A DNA stretch of 64,000 nucleotides from a virus, in the IMG/VR virus record IMGVR_UViG_3300028867_000005, positions 24,279-88,278 of that record. One strand, 5' to 3'. A model generated the notes under the pieces. That model saw only the letters and a list, made by a program, of their open reading frames with translations, did not search any database and was not told where the DNA came from. Positions 49,122-57,561 of this stretch are shown here, piece after piece; positions within the stretch are counted from its first letter, which is position 1; every line of letters begins with the position of its first letter. Made by a program: the position numbers and the translations under genes.

Positions 49122-49331
49122 TCAGCTGTTGCGCTGCGCGGAAGGAACGTAAGTATCCTTTTTGAAGCCGCACTTCAGCTCTCTGTAAACCCCTTTGTAG
49201 CAAGTCTCCAGCAGGCGGATGCCGGTGTAAATATGGCGCTCGTTGGCGCCACGGACATACTTCTCATTCGGCATGCCAATGCTAAGCGCGTGCGCATCGC
49301 GGCGGAGTGCCTTTGCTTTTTTCGCGTTCAC
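49122..49331 (-). CDS. small basic hypothetical protein
   Basis: MNAKKAKALRR...YRELK pattern. Confidence 0.6.
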   Translation of the reverse strand: MNAKKAKALRRDAHALSIGMPNEKYVRGANERHIYTGIRLLETCYKGVYRELKCGFKKDTYVPSAQRNS

Positions 49332-49372
49332 GGTAAACCCCTAAAAAGGCGCACGTCCTTGTGCTGGAGTAA

Positions 49373-50587
49373 TTAAAACAGGCTGCCGTCATCCTCCGGC
49401 GTTTCCTGCTGCGTGGGTGCCTGCTTGGGAGCCGGCGCCAGTTTCTGCTCGGTCTGCTGCTTGTTGGTGGCAGCTTCAGCGGCATCCGTCACTACCTGGC
49501 GGGCCAGCGGCTGAGCATTGGCGGCATGTGATTCAGCGGCCTGGCCGGTGGCGGCCTGCTCCGGCTTGGCATCAGTAGCATTGGCGGCAGGCTGCGGCTG
49601 AGCGGACTGCTGAGGCGCAGGCGCTTGCTGCTGGGTGGCATTGGCGGCAGGAGCTGGCGCACCACCCTGACGGCCCTTGCGGGTAGCACCAGCAGCAGGC
49701 GCTGTGGCGCCGGCCTGGGCTCCGGCGGCAGCACCAACGGAGTTGTTGATGGCGGCGCCCTTGGCGGTATCGACGGCCTTGTTATTGTCGTCGAACCATT
49801 CTTCAAGCGTAGTCATGCCATCGCGCAGGCTGTGAAACATGCCCTGGAGATCCGCAAAGTCGTCATCGTTAAACGTCTGCATGGGCTTCTGCGAGCGGAT
49901 CTCCAGCATTGCCCGCGTGATACCGAACTTGGCCAGCACACCCAGCGCACGCTCGATACGCTGGTCGATGGTGACGCCACCGGCCAGTGTCTTGCGGCAG
50001 GTTTCTACGGCCTGCTCCTGCAGCCACTTCGGCAGGATTGCCATGATGCGACCACGCAGGCGGCGGCCGGCCTTGTTGGCGATCAGCTCGTCGATATCGC
50101 GCTCGCTCTTTGCCGGCCGGCTGTTGCCACCGGACAGGTCGATGATGTGCTTCACAGTGAAGCTGGTACTCGAGCGGGTATTGCTCTGGAGGTCTTTGGC
50201 GAAAACTTCCACTTCGGAAAAGTCCGCACCACGACTCAGCTCACGGTGACCGAATTCGATATTCCCCCAGCACAAGGCAATCTGCTCCGCCAGGCGGATG
50301 CTCGGGCCGGAAATGGTTTCACGGCCGCGCGGGAAGCTGTAAAAGGCCTTTTCAGCCATAGACTGCTGCTGGCAGATCACCTTGATATCGTCCATAGCCC
50401 CCTTCACATTGCGCGGGAAGCGCTTGGCGATGGCCAGTGCACCCTGGGCCTCTGCAACAGCGCGCGACGTTTCTATCGCAACAGCGCCCTGATTCAGCCC
50501 GGTTGACGGCAGATGGTCACTATTGAAAGCCTCTTCATAGCTGCCCTGCCGCATCGGGGTGGCCACCCCATCTTCTTTGGTCTGCAT
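49373..50587 (-). CDS. putative single-strand annealing / recombination protein
   Basis: AKRFPRN, YSFPRG...GPSIRLAE...WGN; in the RecE-like operon; long low-complexity acidic tail. Confidence 0.55.
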   Translation of the reverse strand: MQTKEDGVATPMRQGSYEEAFNSDHLPSTGLNQGAVAIETSRAVAEAQGALAIAKRFPRNVKGAMDDIKVICQQQSMAEKAFYSFPRGRETISGPSIRLAEQIALCWGNIEFGHRELSRGADFSEVEVFAKDLQSNTRSSTSFTVKHIIDLSGGNSRPAKSERDIDELIANKAGRRLRGRIMAILPKWLQEQAVETCRKTLAGGVTIDQRIERALGVLAKFGITRAMLEIRSQKPMQTFNDDDFADLQGMFHSLRDGMTTLEEWFDDNNKAVDTAKGAAINNSVGAAAGAQAGATAPAAGATRKGRQGGAPAPAANATQQQAPAPQQSAQPQPAANATDAKPEQAATGQAAESHAANAQPLARQVVTDAAEAATNKQQTEQKLAPAPKQAPTQQETPEDDGSLF

Positions 50588-50589
50588 GG

Positions 50590-51939
50590 TTAATCTCCAC
50601 AGTTGGTAATGTTGAGCGGGTTCTCAGAAACATAGGAAACGAAAAGCTGCAAGCCCGACTCCAGCGCTTCTTCCTTGAATACCCCGTAGGTATCCAGGTC
50701 CAGCGATTCGATGCCGTCCACGCACATGATGCCCAGCGTACCAGCGCGCATTTTGGCGATTTCCACGGAAATTTGCACCTTCTGCGCAGTATTAAGCCGG
50801 TCGAAGGCTATGCCGTCGCGGAATATGTCTCCGTTTACGATTTCCAGTCCGGTGATGGGAAGCTTGCTCATCAGCTCCAGCTTGTAGTCATGCAGGTGCT
50901 GGAGCACGCCATCCTGGAATACTGCCTTTTCCTTCAGGGTGGTCAGGTCCACATCGAGAATGCGGATATTTTCAAGCGTAGCCTCCGACCGCGAGCGCTG
51001 GCCTTCCTGCTCCTGCAGCCTGGTAATGCGCGCAGTGAGCTCGTTGTTTTTGACGGCGATGACTTCCAGCCGCTTGTCCTTAATCTCGGCCGCTGCGGTT
51101 TTCTTCACGTCGGCTTCGGCATTGATTACTTCGATCTGACTGTCGTACTGCTCGCGTGCCACGCGCACAGCCTCATCATAAACAGCCTTGGCGTCCGTGC
51201 GTCGCTGGGAAAAGCCAACATTGTAACTATCCAGCTGTTTCTGCACCTTGTCGAGAAAGATATCCCGGCTTTCAAGCAGGGCGCGCTGTTCGTCGAGCAG
51301 GGTGGCCAGGCTCTCACTGACGGCATTTTGAATTTCTTCTGGCAGCGTCTGGCGCAACTGCTTGATCGTCGATTCTTTCTCGGCCACCAGCCTGTTGGTC
51401 ACCGTGCGCTCATCGAAGACGGCTTTATGCGTGGCATGGATGGCGTCAAAAGCATGGCAATTAACCAGCTCCGGCGCCAGCGGAATGCCGCACTTTTCCT
51501 CCATGTCAGCCTGGTCGACTTTCAACGGCATGGCCTGAAGCAACACATTCAGCCGGTCCTTCGGCTTGGCCAGCAGGAATTCAATAGGGTTGATAGAAAG
51601 CATGTCGACCATGCCATCCAGCACACTCTGCGGGCGCTCTACCTTGGTGCCATTCTTCGTGATAGTCAGTGTAGATGCTGTGCCATTGTCCTTGAACACG
51701 CGGCGGATGTTCGTGCCGTCATTCAGCACCAGTACCCCTTCGCCTTTGCTGGCGCCCTTATGCACCAGGGAGGCATCGGAGCCGCCCTTGATGATAGCCT
51801 TGATGCCATCGAGAATACTGGTTTTGCTGGCGCCATTCTTGCCAGATATTTCAACAAAACGGCCGGCATCAAATTCCAACTCTTCGATGCCAAGCACGTT
51901 CAGCAGTTTCACATGTGAAATGTATAAACTTTTCATCAC
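50590..51939 (-). CDS. SMC/Rad50-like ATPase with coiled coil
   Basis: GKNGASKTSILD Walker A, LNTAQK signature-like, MCVDGIESLD Walker B. Confidence 0.8.
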   Translation of the reverse strand: MMKSLYISHVKLLNVLGIEELEFDAGRFVEISGKNGASKTSILDGIKAIIKGGSDASLVHKGASKGEGVLVLNDGTNIRRVFKDNGTASTLTITKNGTKVERPQSVLDGMVDMLSINPIEFLLAKPKDRLNVLLQAMPLKVDQADMEEKCGIPLAPELVNCHAFDAIHATHKAVFDERTVTNRLVAEKESTIKQLRQTLPEEIQNAVSESLATLLDEQRALLESRDIFLDKVQKQLDSYNVGFSQRRTDAKAVYDEAVRVAREQYDSQIEVINAEADVKKTAAAEIKDKRLEVIAVKNNELTARITRLQEQEGQRSRSEATLENIRILDVDLTTLKEKAVFQDGVLQHLHDYKLELMSKLPITGLEIVNGDIFRDGIAFDRLNTAQKVQISVEIAKMRAGTLGIMCVDGIESLDLDTYGVFKEEALESGLQLFVSYVSENPLNITNCGD

Positions 51940-52790
51940 TTTCTCCAGGTCCAGGGCGGCAGGTCAAGGGGCATGGCTTCAGACTTCGTATAGTCGTACC
52001 AGTACCCCGACGCATCACATTCAGCTATCAGGTCGGCCAGGCGCTGGCACTCTGCGCGAGCCAGTTCAATATCATGTTGCTGTGCATAATAGATTCCGAT
52101 CTGAAAAGGCGGCTCTTTCTCCACAGCAAGAAAAACAAAATTCTCGGCCGTCCAGCCTACTGCCAGCTCCATCGTATCCAAATACCACGGAGGCTGAAGA
52201 TAATAGGTGTAGTTGGTGGCATCCAGAGCAAACCCGCGCGGGCTGGCGTCCTTTGTTGACTTCAAATCAATAATCAGCTCCCCGGATTCGATAATCTTGT
52301 CCGGCCGGCATTTGCGCAGAAGACCATTTTTCGGGTCATATCCGTAAAAGCTGTTTTCGATCATACCGCCATCGGCGCGCGCAAAATGGCGCGCTACCGG
52401 ATGCCGGTGAACAGCATCACGCATTTTCAGCAAGAGGTCATGCTCGCCAACATCGACCACCACTTTATGCTTGTTCTGCGCCATGAAATCGGCAAACTCC
52501 TGCTTGCCCACTTTGGTGCGCTTATTGATGCTGGTGGGTGCAATAACCACGGTACTGGACAGTAGGTCAGGCTCCAGCACAGCTGTGTGAAAAGCTGTAC
52601 CGAAGTTTTTATCGGAGGCCCCGTCTTCTTCTACTACCTCTTTTTTTTCCTCATCAGTTTTCCGGTAATGAAACCGGTAAAAGGCTGGCGATACGGCCAT
52701 CTTGTCCAGATGCGATTTTGATACACCGGGGCCATTGTGATAGTCGTCGTTCGATACGCCTGGGTAGTGACCAGGGATAAAGTCTTGCAT
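51936..52790 (-). CDS. RecE/exonuclease VIII-like PD-(D/E)xK nuclease (DUF3799 type)
   Basis: Start MQDFIP at 52790; YH..GVSKSHLD, GTAFHTAVLEP, KCRPD, IIDLKST, YYLQ. Confidence 0.88.
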   Translation of the reverse strand: MQDFIPGHYPGVSNDDYHNGPGVSKSHLDKMAVSPAFYRFHYRKTDEEKKEVVEEDGASDKNFGTAFHTAVLEPDLLSSTVVIAPTSINKRTKVGKQEFADFMAQNKHKVVVDVGEHDLLLKMRDAVHRHPVARHFARADGGMIENSFYGYDPKNGLLRKCRPDKIIESGELIIDLKSTKDASPRGFALDATNYTYYLQPPWYLDTMELAVGWTAENFVFLAVEKEPPFQIGIYYAQQHDIELARAECQRLADLIAECDASGYWYDYTKSEAMPLDLPPWTWRK

Positions 52791-52829
52791 GTGTTCTCTC
52801 CAGCGACTCCTGCCGCCTAGAGAATGCTG

Positions 52830-52931
52830 CCTCAAAAAAGAGGAAGGCGCAAGCCTGATTTGCTCAAAAATGACAAAATGTCGGCTTGACGGGATGCCAG
52901 ATGGGACGGCTATACTTACGCAAATTTGAGT
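52830..52931. promoter_or_regulatory. divergent control region with three palindromic operators
   Basis: CCTCAAAAAAGAGG (52830), GCTCAAAAATGACA (52862), ACGCAAATTTGAGT (52918); TTGACG...TATACT on plus strand. Confidence 0.6.
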
Positions 52932-52943
52932 GACGAGGTAGCC

Positions 52944-53246
52944 GTGAGCGAGACAACAGTAATAGAGAAGCCCGAATCCCCGGACTTTGAGGCAGAGTTT
53001 CAGCAAGCCCTTGATGAGATTGAACGTAATCTGAAAGTGGCCGGCCGCTCCCTGTCCGAAGCCTGCGAGGCAGCCGGCGTAGCGCGGGCCACCCCTGATC
53101 GCTGGGCAGCCAAGCCCCCCAAGTCCGTAGAGCTGATCGCCGCTCTCCAGCGGGTGGCGCGTGGCTGGCGTGAAGAGGCAGAAGCGGCAAAGCTGAAAGA
53201 GCAGGCACAGGGCGGCGCCGGTGGCGCGCAAGGCGCTAATGGATGA
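52944..53246 (+). CDS. Cro-like helix-turn-helix protein
   Basis: SLSEACEAAGVARATPDRW HTH pattern; GAGG RBS before GTG 52944; first gene of the replication operon. Confidence 0.7.
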   Translation: MSETTVIEKPESPDFEAEFQQALDEIERNLKVAGRSLSEACEAAGVARATPDRWAAKPPKSVELIAALQRVARGWREEAEAAKLKEQAQGGAGGAQGANG

Positions 53247-53473
53247 ACGCTGGCCGACCCCCACCGGCCGGCTTTCGCGTTGTCCTGAGCTTCATCGCTT
53301 CCTATGCAATCTGCCTTTTCGTGCAATGGGTAATCGATAAGGTTTTCGGGCTACCATTTGATTGGCGAGCCAACTTAATAATGGGCGTCGTGTTCACGAC
53401 AATAAATATTGGGCGCCCTCTCCTATTAACTTTTATTTTGTCCCTATTTGGGTATAGCGACAGGAGTAAGTAA
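53243..53473 (+). CDS. small membrane protein
   Basis: Two to three hydrophobic segments in 76 aa. Confidence 0.55.
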   Translation: MNAGRPPPAGFRVVLSFIASYAICLFVQWVIDKVFGLPFDWRANLIMGVVFTTINIGRPLLLTFILSLFGYSDRSK

Positions 53474-53733
53474 TGCACCTTTTTCTTATCATTCTTTTGT
53501 GCATTGTCGGTGTGTATCTGCTGTTTGGATGCTTCGCCGGGCTGCATATGACTTTCAGCAAATCCCCAGCGGCTGCAGCTGCTCGTACCAGGATAGAACG
53601 CGATATTTCAGCCTCGGCCGGTAACAGCAAAATTACCTATTATGTCCTTTGGTTGCTTGCCTACGTCTATACCATTGTTGGTTCTGGCGCCATGGTGCTG
53701 CATATCGCTTTCAGCAAGCCAGCAGCAAAGTAA
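53473..53733 (+). CDS. small membrane protein
   Basis: Two TM segments; AGGAG RBS; TAATG coupling. Confidence 0.65.
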   Translation: MHLFLIILLCIVGVYLLFGCFAGLHMTFSKSPAAAAARTRIERDISASAGNSKITYYVLWLLAYVYTIVGSGAMVLHIAFSKPAAK

Positions 53734-53735
53734 TC

Positions 53736-55703
53736 ATGATATCGCTACGCCCGCATCAGGAAAAAGGCGTCAAGGAGATCCGCGCGAAGATGCTGGAGGG
53801 CTTTCGCGCCGTTCTTTATCAGTTAAGTACAGGTGCCGGCAAAACGTACCTTTTCAGTTTTATAACCGAAAAGGCGGCGAATAAAGGAAACTCGGTTTTT
53901 ATTATTGTTCATCGCAAGGAACTGCTAAAGCAGGCCAGCCGCAGCCTGGATAACCTGAAAGTATCTCACGGGCTAATCAGCCCTCACTTTACTCCTCGTC
54001 CGCGCGAGTTGGTGCAGGTAGCCAGTGTTGATACCTTATTGGCGCGTATTAAAAACGGCCAGCTGCCTTATAAGCCTGATTTACTGATCGTCGATGAGGC
54101 CCATCATTTTGTGGCGGGCAACAAGTGGGGGAAAGTTTACGATGCTCTTGGCGCTCCTGTTACGCTGGGAGTTACAGCTACCCCGGTACGATCTGACGGC
54201 AAGGGGCTTGGCATTCATGCTGATGGCCTGTTCGATACTATAATTCTAGGCCCCCCCATGCCGGAGCTCATTGAATTGGGCTTCTTAGTCAAGCCGGAAC
54301 TGTACGGGCCTCAGCACAATGTTGACCTGACTGGGGTAACCCTGAATGCCAACGGGGAATACAACTCTATCCAGCTCGCGCAGCGGATGGAGGGACAAAA
54401 GCAAATCGTCGGGGACGCCGTCGAGCGCTATAAAGAGGTGTGCCCTGGCGCAAAGACTATCGTTTTTGCTGCCAGCGTAAAGCACGCCAACGATATCGTT
54501 GATCGTTTTAACGCTGCCGGCTTCCGTTTCAAGCTCCTGGTCGGGGCTCCCGCTATGTCCGATGAGGCGCGTGATTCAGTAAACCGGGAATTGGCGTCTG
54601 GAGCAATACATGGGGCTGTCACCGTCGATCTGGTGTCAGAAGGTTATGACCTTCCTGATCTGGAGTGCGGCATTCTTCTTCGGCCTACACAGTCAGAAGG
54701 GCTTTTTCTCCAGCAGGTGGGCCGCATCATGCGCCCGAGTCCCGGCAAGACTGGCGCCTTTATTCTGGACCACGTTGGCAATATTGGCCTTGTCCGCGAT
54801 GACGTATTTATCAGCAATCACGGACTGCCCTGGGCCTATCGTGAATGGACCCTGGATGGACGCAAAAAGGGGCGTCGAAATAAGGACGCTGAAGATGAGG
54901 TAGAGGCGAACAAGCGGTGCCCCATCTGTTTCCGCATTCACCCTGTAACACAGGTTTTTTGTGGGAATATCCCTGCTGAAACGCCTGTGCCGGGCACAAA
55001 AAAGAAGTGCCCCGCCTGCTGGGCTCTCCGTCCCGTCGAAATGACTCTGTGTGATTGCGGGCATGTTTTCCGCATATCGCCATTTTCCGACGGGTGCGGT
55101 TATGAATGGGTGCCGACCGGGCGCTCCATAATGGAGGTCGAGGGCACTATCCAGAAAATGGATGTGACGGCCATCGAGGCGCAGGAAGAAGTAAACCGTC
55201 TCAGCCGGGCTGAGCGTGGACAAGCCAAGACCAAGGAAGAGTTGGCGGATTGGGCAAAGACCCAGCCCAATATAAAGAGCCCGACAAAATATGCTGAAAA
55301 CGTGCTCAAGGCCCGCGACGAGAAGGCAGAGAGAATTAAGCGCATAAAGCAGGCCCTGTCGGCTTCCAAGCAGCCCATCTGGTCGCCAGCAGGCTGGAAT
55401 GCCTTTGTTAGCGCTTCCGAGCTGGGCGAGCGCGCCATGCGGGTAGCAATGAACAGTGTCATGCGTACGGATGCCGCCGGGACCATGCTGCTTTATGTCC
55501 GGCCGGCCATGGAGAAGGATGCAATTAAGTACGTCACTGACCAGATAATCAAGCGCCTCCAGGATGTGCTGGTGCGCTGCAAGGTAGAGGTTATTTTGAA
55601 GGAATGCCTGGGGCAGACTCCCGCGGAGTACCAGGCGGCAAACAACACCATAAGTGCCCAGCCGTCTTTGCTTCAGGCGGCTGACGAGGCAATCAACTTT
55701 TAG
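53736..55703 (+). CDS. SF2 DExH helicase with Zn ribbons and C-terminal extra domain
   Basis: Start MISLRPHQ at 53736; STGAGKT, VDEAHH, TATP, EGYDLP, QQVGRIMR, ILDHVGN. Confidence 0.9.
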   Translation: MISLRPHQEKGVKEIRAKMLEGFRAVLYQLSTGAGKTYLFSFITEKAANKGNSVFIIVHRKELLKQASRSLDNLKVSHGLISPHFTPRPRELVQVASVDTLLARIKNGQLPYKPDLLIVDEAHHFVAGNKWGKVYDALGAPVTLGVTATPVRSDGKGLGIHADGLFDTIILGPPMPELIELGFLVKPELYGPQHNVDLTGVTLNANGEYNSIQLAQRMEGQKQIVGDAVERYKEVCPGAKTIVFAASVKHANDIVDRFNAAGFRFKLLVGAPAMSDEARDSVNRELASGAIHGAVTVDLVSEGYDLPDLECGILLRPTQSEGLFLQQVGRIMRPSPGKTGAFILDHVGNIGLVRDDVFISNHGLPWAYREWTLDGRKKGRRNKDAEDEVEANKRCPICFRIHPVTQVFCGNIPAETPVPGTKKKCPACWALRPVEMTLCDCGHVFRISPFSDGCGYEWVPTGRSIMEVEGTIQKMDVTAIEAQEEVNRLSRAERGQAKTKEELADWAKTQPNIKSPTKYAENVLKARDEKAERIKRIKQALSASKQPIWSPAGWNAFVSASELGERAMRVAMNSVMRTDAAGTMLLYVRPAMEKDAIKYVTDQIIKRLQDVLVRCKVEVILKECLGQTPAEYQAANNTISAQPSLLQAADEAINF

Positions 55704-55712
55704 GGGTAGGAC

Positions 55713-56186
55713 ATGCGCGGCGTAAACAAGGTGATTTTGGTTGGCACGCTCGGGAAAGATCCTGAAGTGAAGTTTCTCCCGAACGGCAATGCCGTGTGCA
55801 ATTTCTCCATGGCGACCAGCGAGGCCTGGCGCGACAAGAACAGCGGTGAAATGCAGGAGGCTACCGAGTGGCATAATATTGTCATGTTCGGCAAGGTGGC
55901 AGAGATTGCCGGCGAATATCTGCGCAAAGGCTCCAAGGTCTACATCGAGGGCAAACTCAAGACCAGGAGCTGGGATGACCAGGCCACCGGCCAGAAGCGC
56001 TACAAGACCGAAGTGCAGGCGGACCAGCTCCAGATGCTGGACAACAAGGCCGCCGATGGCGGTGGTGGCGGCCAGCAGCAGGCCGCTCCTGCCCAGCGCC
56101 AGCAGGCGGCGAACCGCCAGGCTGCGGCGTCCAAGGATGAAATGCCGCCGCGCGAACAGCAGTTCAGTGATGATATTCCTTTTTGA
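55713..56186 (+). CDS. ssb: single-stranded DNA-binding protein
   Basis: [30 protein letters not shown]-terminal DDIPF. Confidence 0.95.
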   Translation: MRGVNKVILVGTLGKDPEVKFLPNGNAVCNFSMATSEAWRDKNSGEMQEATEWHNIVMFGKVAEIAGEYLRKGSKVYIEGKLKTRSWDDQATGQKRYKTEVQADQLQMLDNKAADGGGGGQQQAAPAQRQQAANRQAAASKDEMPPREQQFSDDIPF

Positions 56187-56236
56187 TTTGATATTCCTTT
56201 TTATTATGGTTATCCTTTATTTTTTAGGAGATAGCC

Positions 56237-56665
56237 ATGAAATTTTGTAATACCTGTGGAACTGAAAAAGCAGAATCAGAATTCCATATACGAAAGGCAT
56301 CTGTTGATGGTCTTTGCGCAAAATGCAAATCGTGTATGACTGATTATGATAAAAAAAGAAGTGGAGACAAAAATAGAGTTGCCAAGCGTAAGGAATATTC
56401 GCTGAGTATTGTCGGTATTGCTGCTGGAAAAAAAGCAAAAGAAAAATATATAGAAAAAAACCCAACGAAAAGAAAGGCTCATATTTTGGTTGGTAATGCA
56501 ATACGTGATAAGAAGCTTTTTAAGGAGCCATGCGAGGTTTGCTTTACAGAAGAAAATATTTGTGCTCATCACGATGACTACGCCAAACCATTGAATGTCC
56601 GCTGGTTATGCGCCCTTCATCACTCGCAATGGCATCAAGAGCATGGGGAATCGCTTAATCCCTAA
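56237..56665 (+). CDS. Zn-finger / HNH-like endonuclease
   Basis: CNTC...CKSC, CEVC...AHHDDYAKPLNVRWLCALHH; markedly AT-rich. Confidence 0.75.
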   Translation: MKFCNTCGTEKAESEFHIRKASVDGLCAKCKSCMTDYDKKRSGDKNRVAKRKEYSLSIVGIAAGKKAKEKYIEKNPTKRKAHILVGNAIRDKKLFKEPCEVCFTEENICAHHDDYAKPLNVRWLCALHHSQWHQEHGESLNP

Positions 56666-56669
56666 TATT

Positions 56670-56698
56670 TTGACAAAAGCCGGTCGGGACAGCACTAT
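56670..56698 (+). promoter_or_regulatory. hybrid promoter TTGACA-N17-CACTAT containing the late motif TCGGGAC-AG-CACTAT
   Basis: Consensus -35 at 56670, motif at 56684-56698. Confidence 0.6.
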
Positions 56699-56722
56699 CA
56701 GGTTTCTTACCTTGTGGTTGCT

Positions 56723-56760
56723 ATCCCCGCCCGAATTTTCGGAATCAGCGGGGATTTTTT
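56723..56760 (+). terminator. rho-independent terminator / attenuator
   Basis: ATCCCCGC...GCGGGGAT followed by T-tract ending at the ATG of the next gene. Confidence 0.6.
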
Positions 56761-57054
56761 ATGGACGCCATTTCATACCGTAACGAAGAGGGCCTGATGT
56801 ATACCAAGGTGGTGTACGAGAAAGGCCGCTGCGTCTCGTCCTGCAGCCGGTACTTTATGGAGGGCTGCCTTGCCCGCCACCTGCTCGACAACATGACTCG
56901 TGATGAGCGCCGGGCATGGGTGGAAATGTGGGGTGCCCGGCAGAAACACCTGAGTCATGATGAGCGCCAGACTGCCATGCAGCACATCCGGGATACCGTG
57001 ATTGAAGAGTGGAATTTCAGGAAGTCCCAGCAGACACAGGCGGATGCAGCATGA
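56761..57054 (+). CDS. hypothetical protein
   Basis: 97-aa ORF coupled (ATGA) to the VRR-NUC gene. Confidence 0.6.
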   Translation: MDAISYRNEEGLMYTKVVYEKGRCVSSCSRYFMEGCLARHLLDNMTRDERRAWVEMWGARQKHLSHDERQTAMQHIRDTVIEEWNFRKSQQTQADAA

Positions 57055-57467
57055 GAGAGAGCAGCGTCAGCAAAAAACTAATGCTGTTCCTGAGCCGCGC
57101 CGGTGCGGTCCTATTCAGAAACAATGTCGGCAAGAGCTGGATCAGCTCTAACTTTGTTGAGCTGGGTAACGGTGATGTGCTGGTGAAAAATGCTCGCCGC
57201 TTCCATTCCGGGCTTGTGGACGGGTCGCTTGATCTGGTCGGTTGGTACTCCATTATCATCACCCCGGACATGGTGGGCAGCAAGGTTGCGGTTTTCACGG
57301 CCATTGACTCGAAGCACAGTAATGGTGGTGACCGCAAGAAAGAGAATCAGCTCAATTTTATCTACCAGGTCAATGATGCTGGTGGGATAGCAGGTTTTGC
57401 GTCCTCCGAAGAAGAGGCTATGCAGGTGCTGGAGCGCGGTGTTTCGCGGCTCCGTACCAACGGTTGA
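57051..57467 (+). CDS. VRR-NUC-type nuclease (putative resolvase)
   Basis: LFRNNVG, GSLDLVGW, VFTAIDSK, QLNFI...AGGIAG. Confidence 0.8.
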   Translation: MRESSVSKKLMLFLSRAGAVLFRNNVGKSWISSNFVELGNGDVLVKNARRFHSGLVDGSLDLVGWYSIIITPDMVGSKVAVFTAIDSKHSNGGDRKKENQLNFIYQVNDAGGIAGFASSEEEAMQVLERGVSRLRTNG

Positions 57468-57561
57468 TGTGTCGGCTAGGTCTGGCCGCCGAACGATCCC
57501 CCAAGTGATCCGCCGACGCATCATTCAATACTTGGGATAATAAGAGCCACTTGGGGGCCCA

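Noticed and set aside
52903-52916. GGGAC-GGC-TATACT as a late-motif copy
   Set aside because: Spacing is 3 nt rather than 2; better explained as a sigma70-type promoter for cro
52791-53264. N-terminal extension of the RecE-like ORF in the ORF track
   Set aside because: Crosses the divergent promoter region and cro; real start is ATG 52790 after GGAGAG
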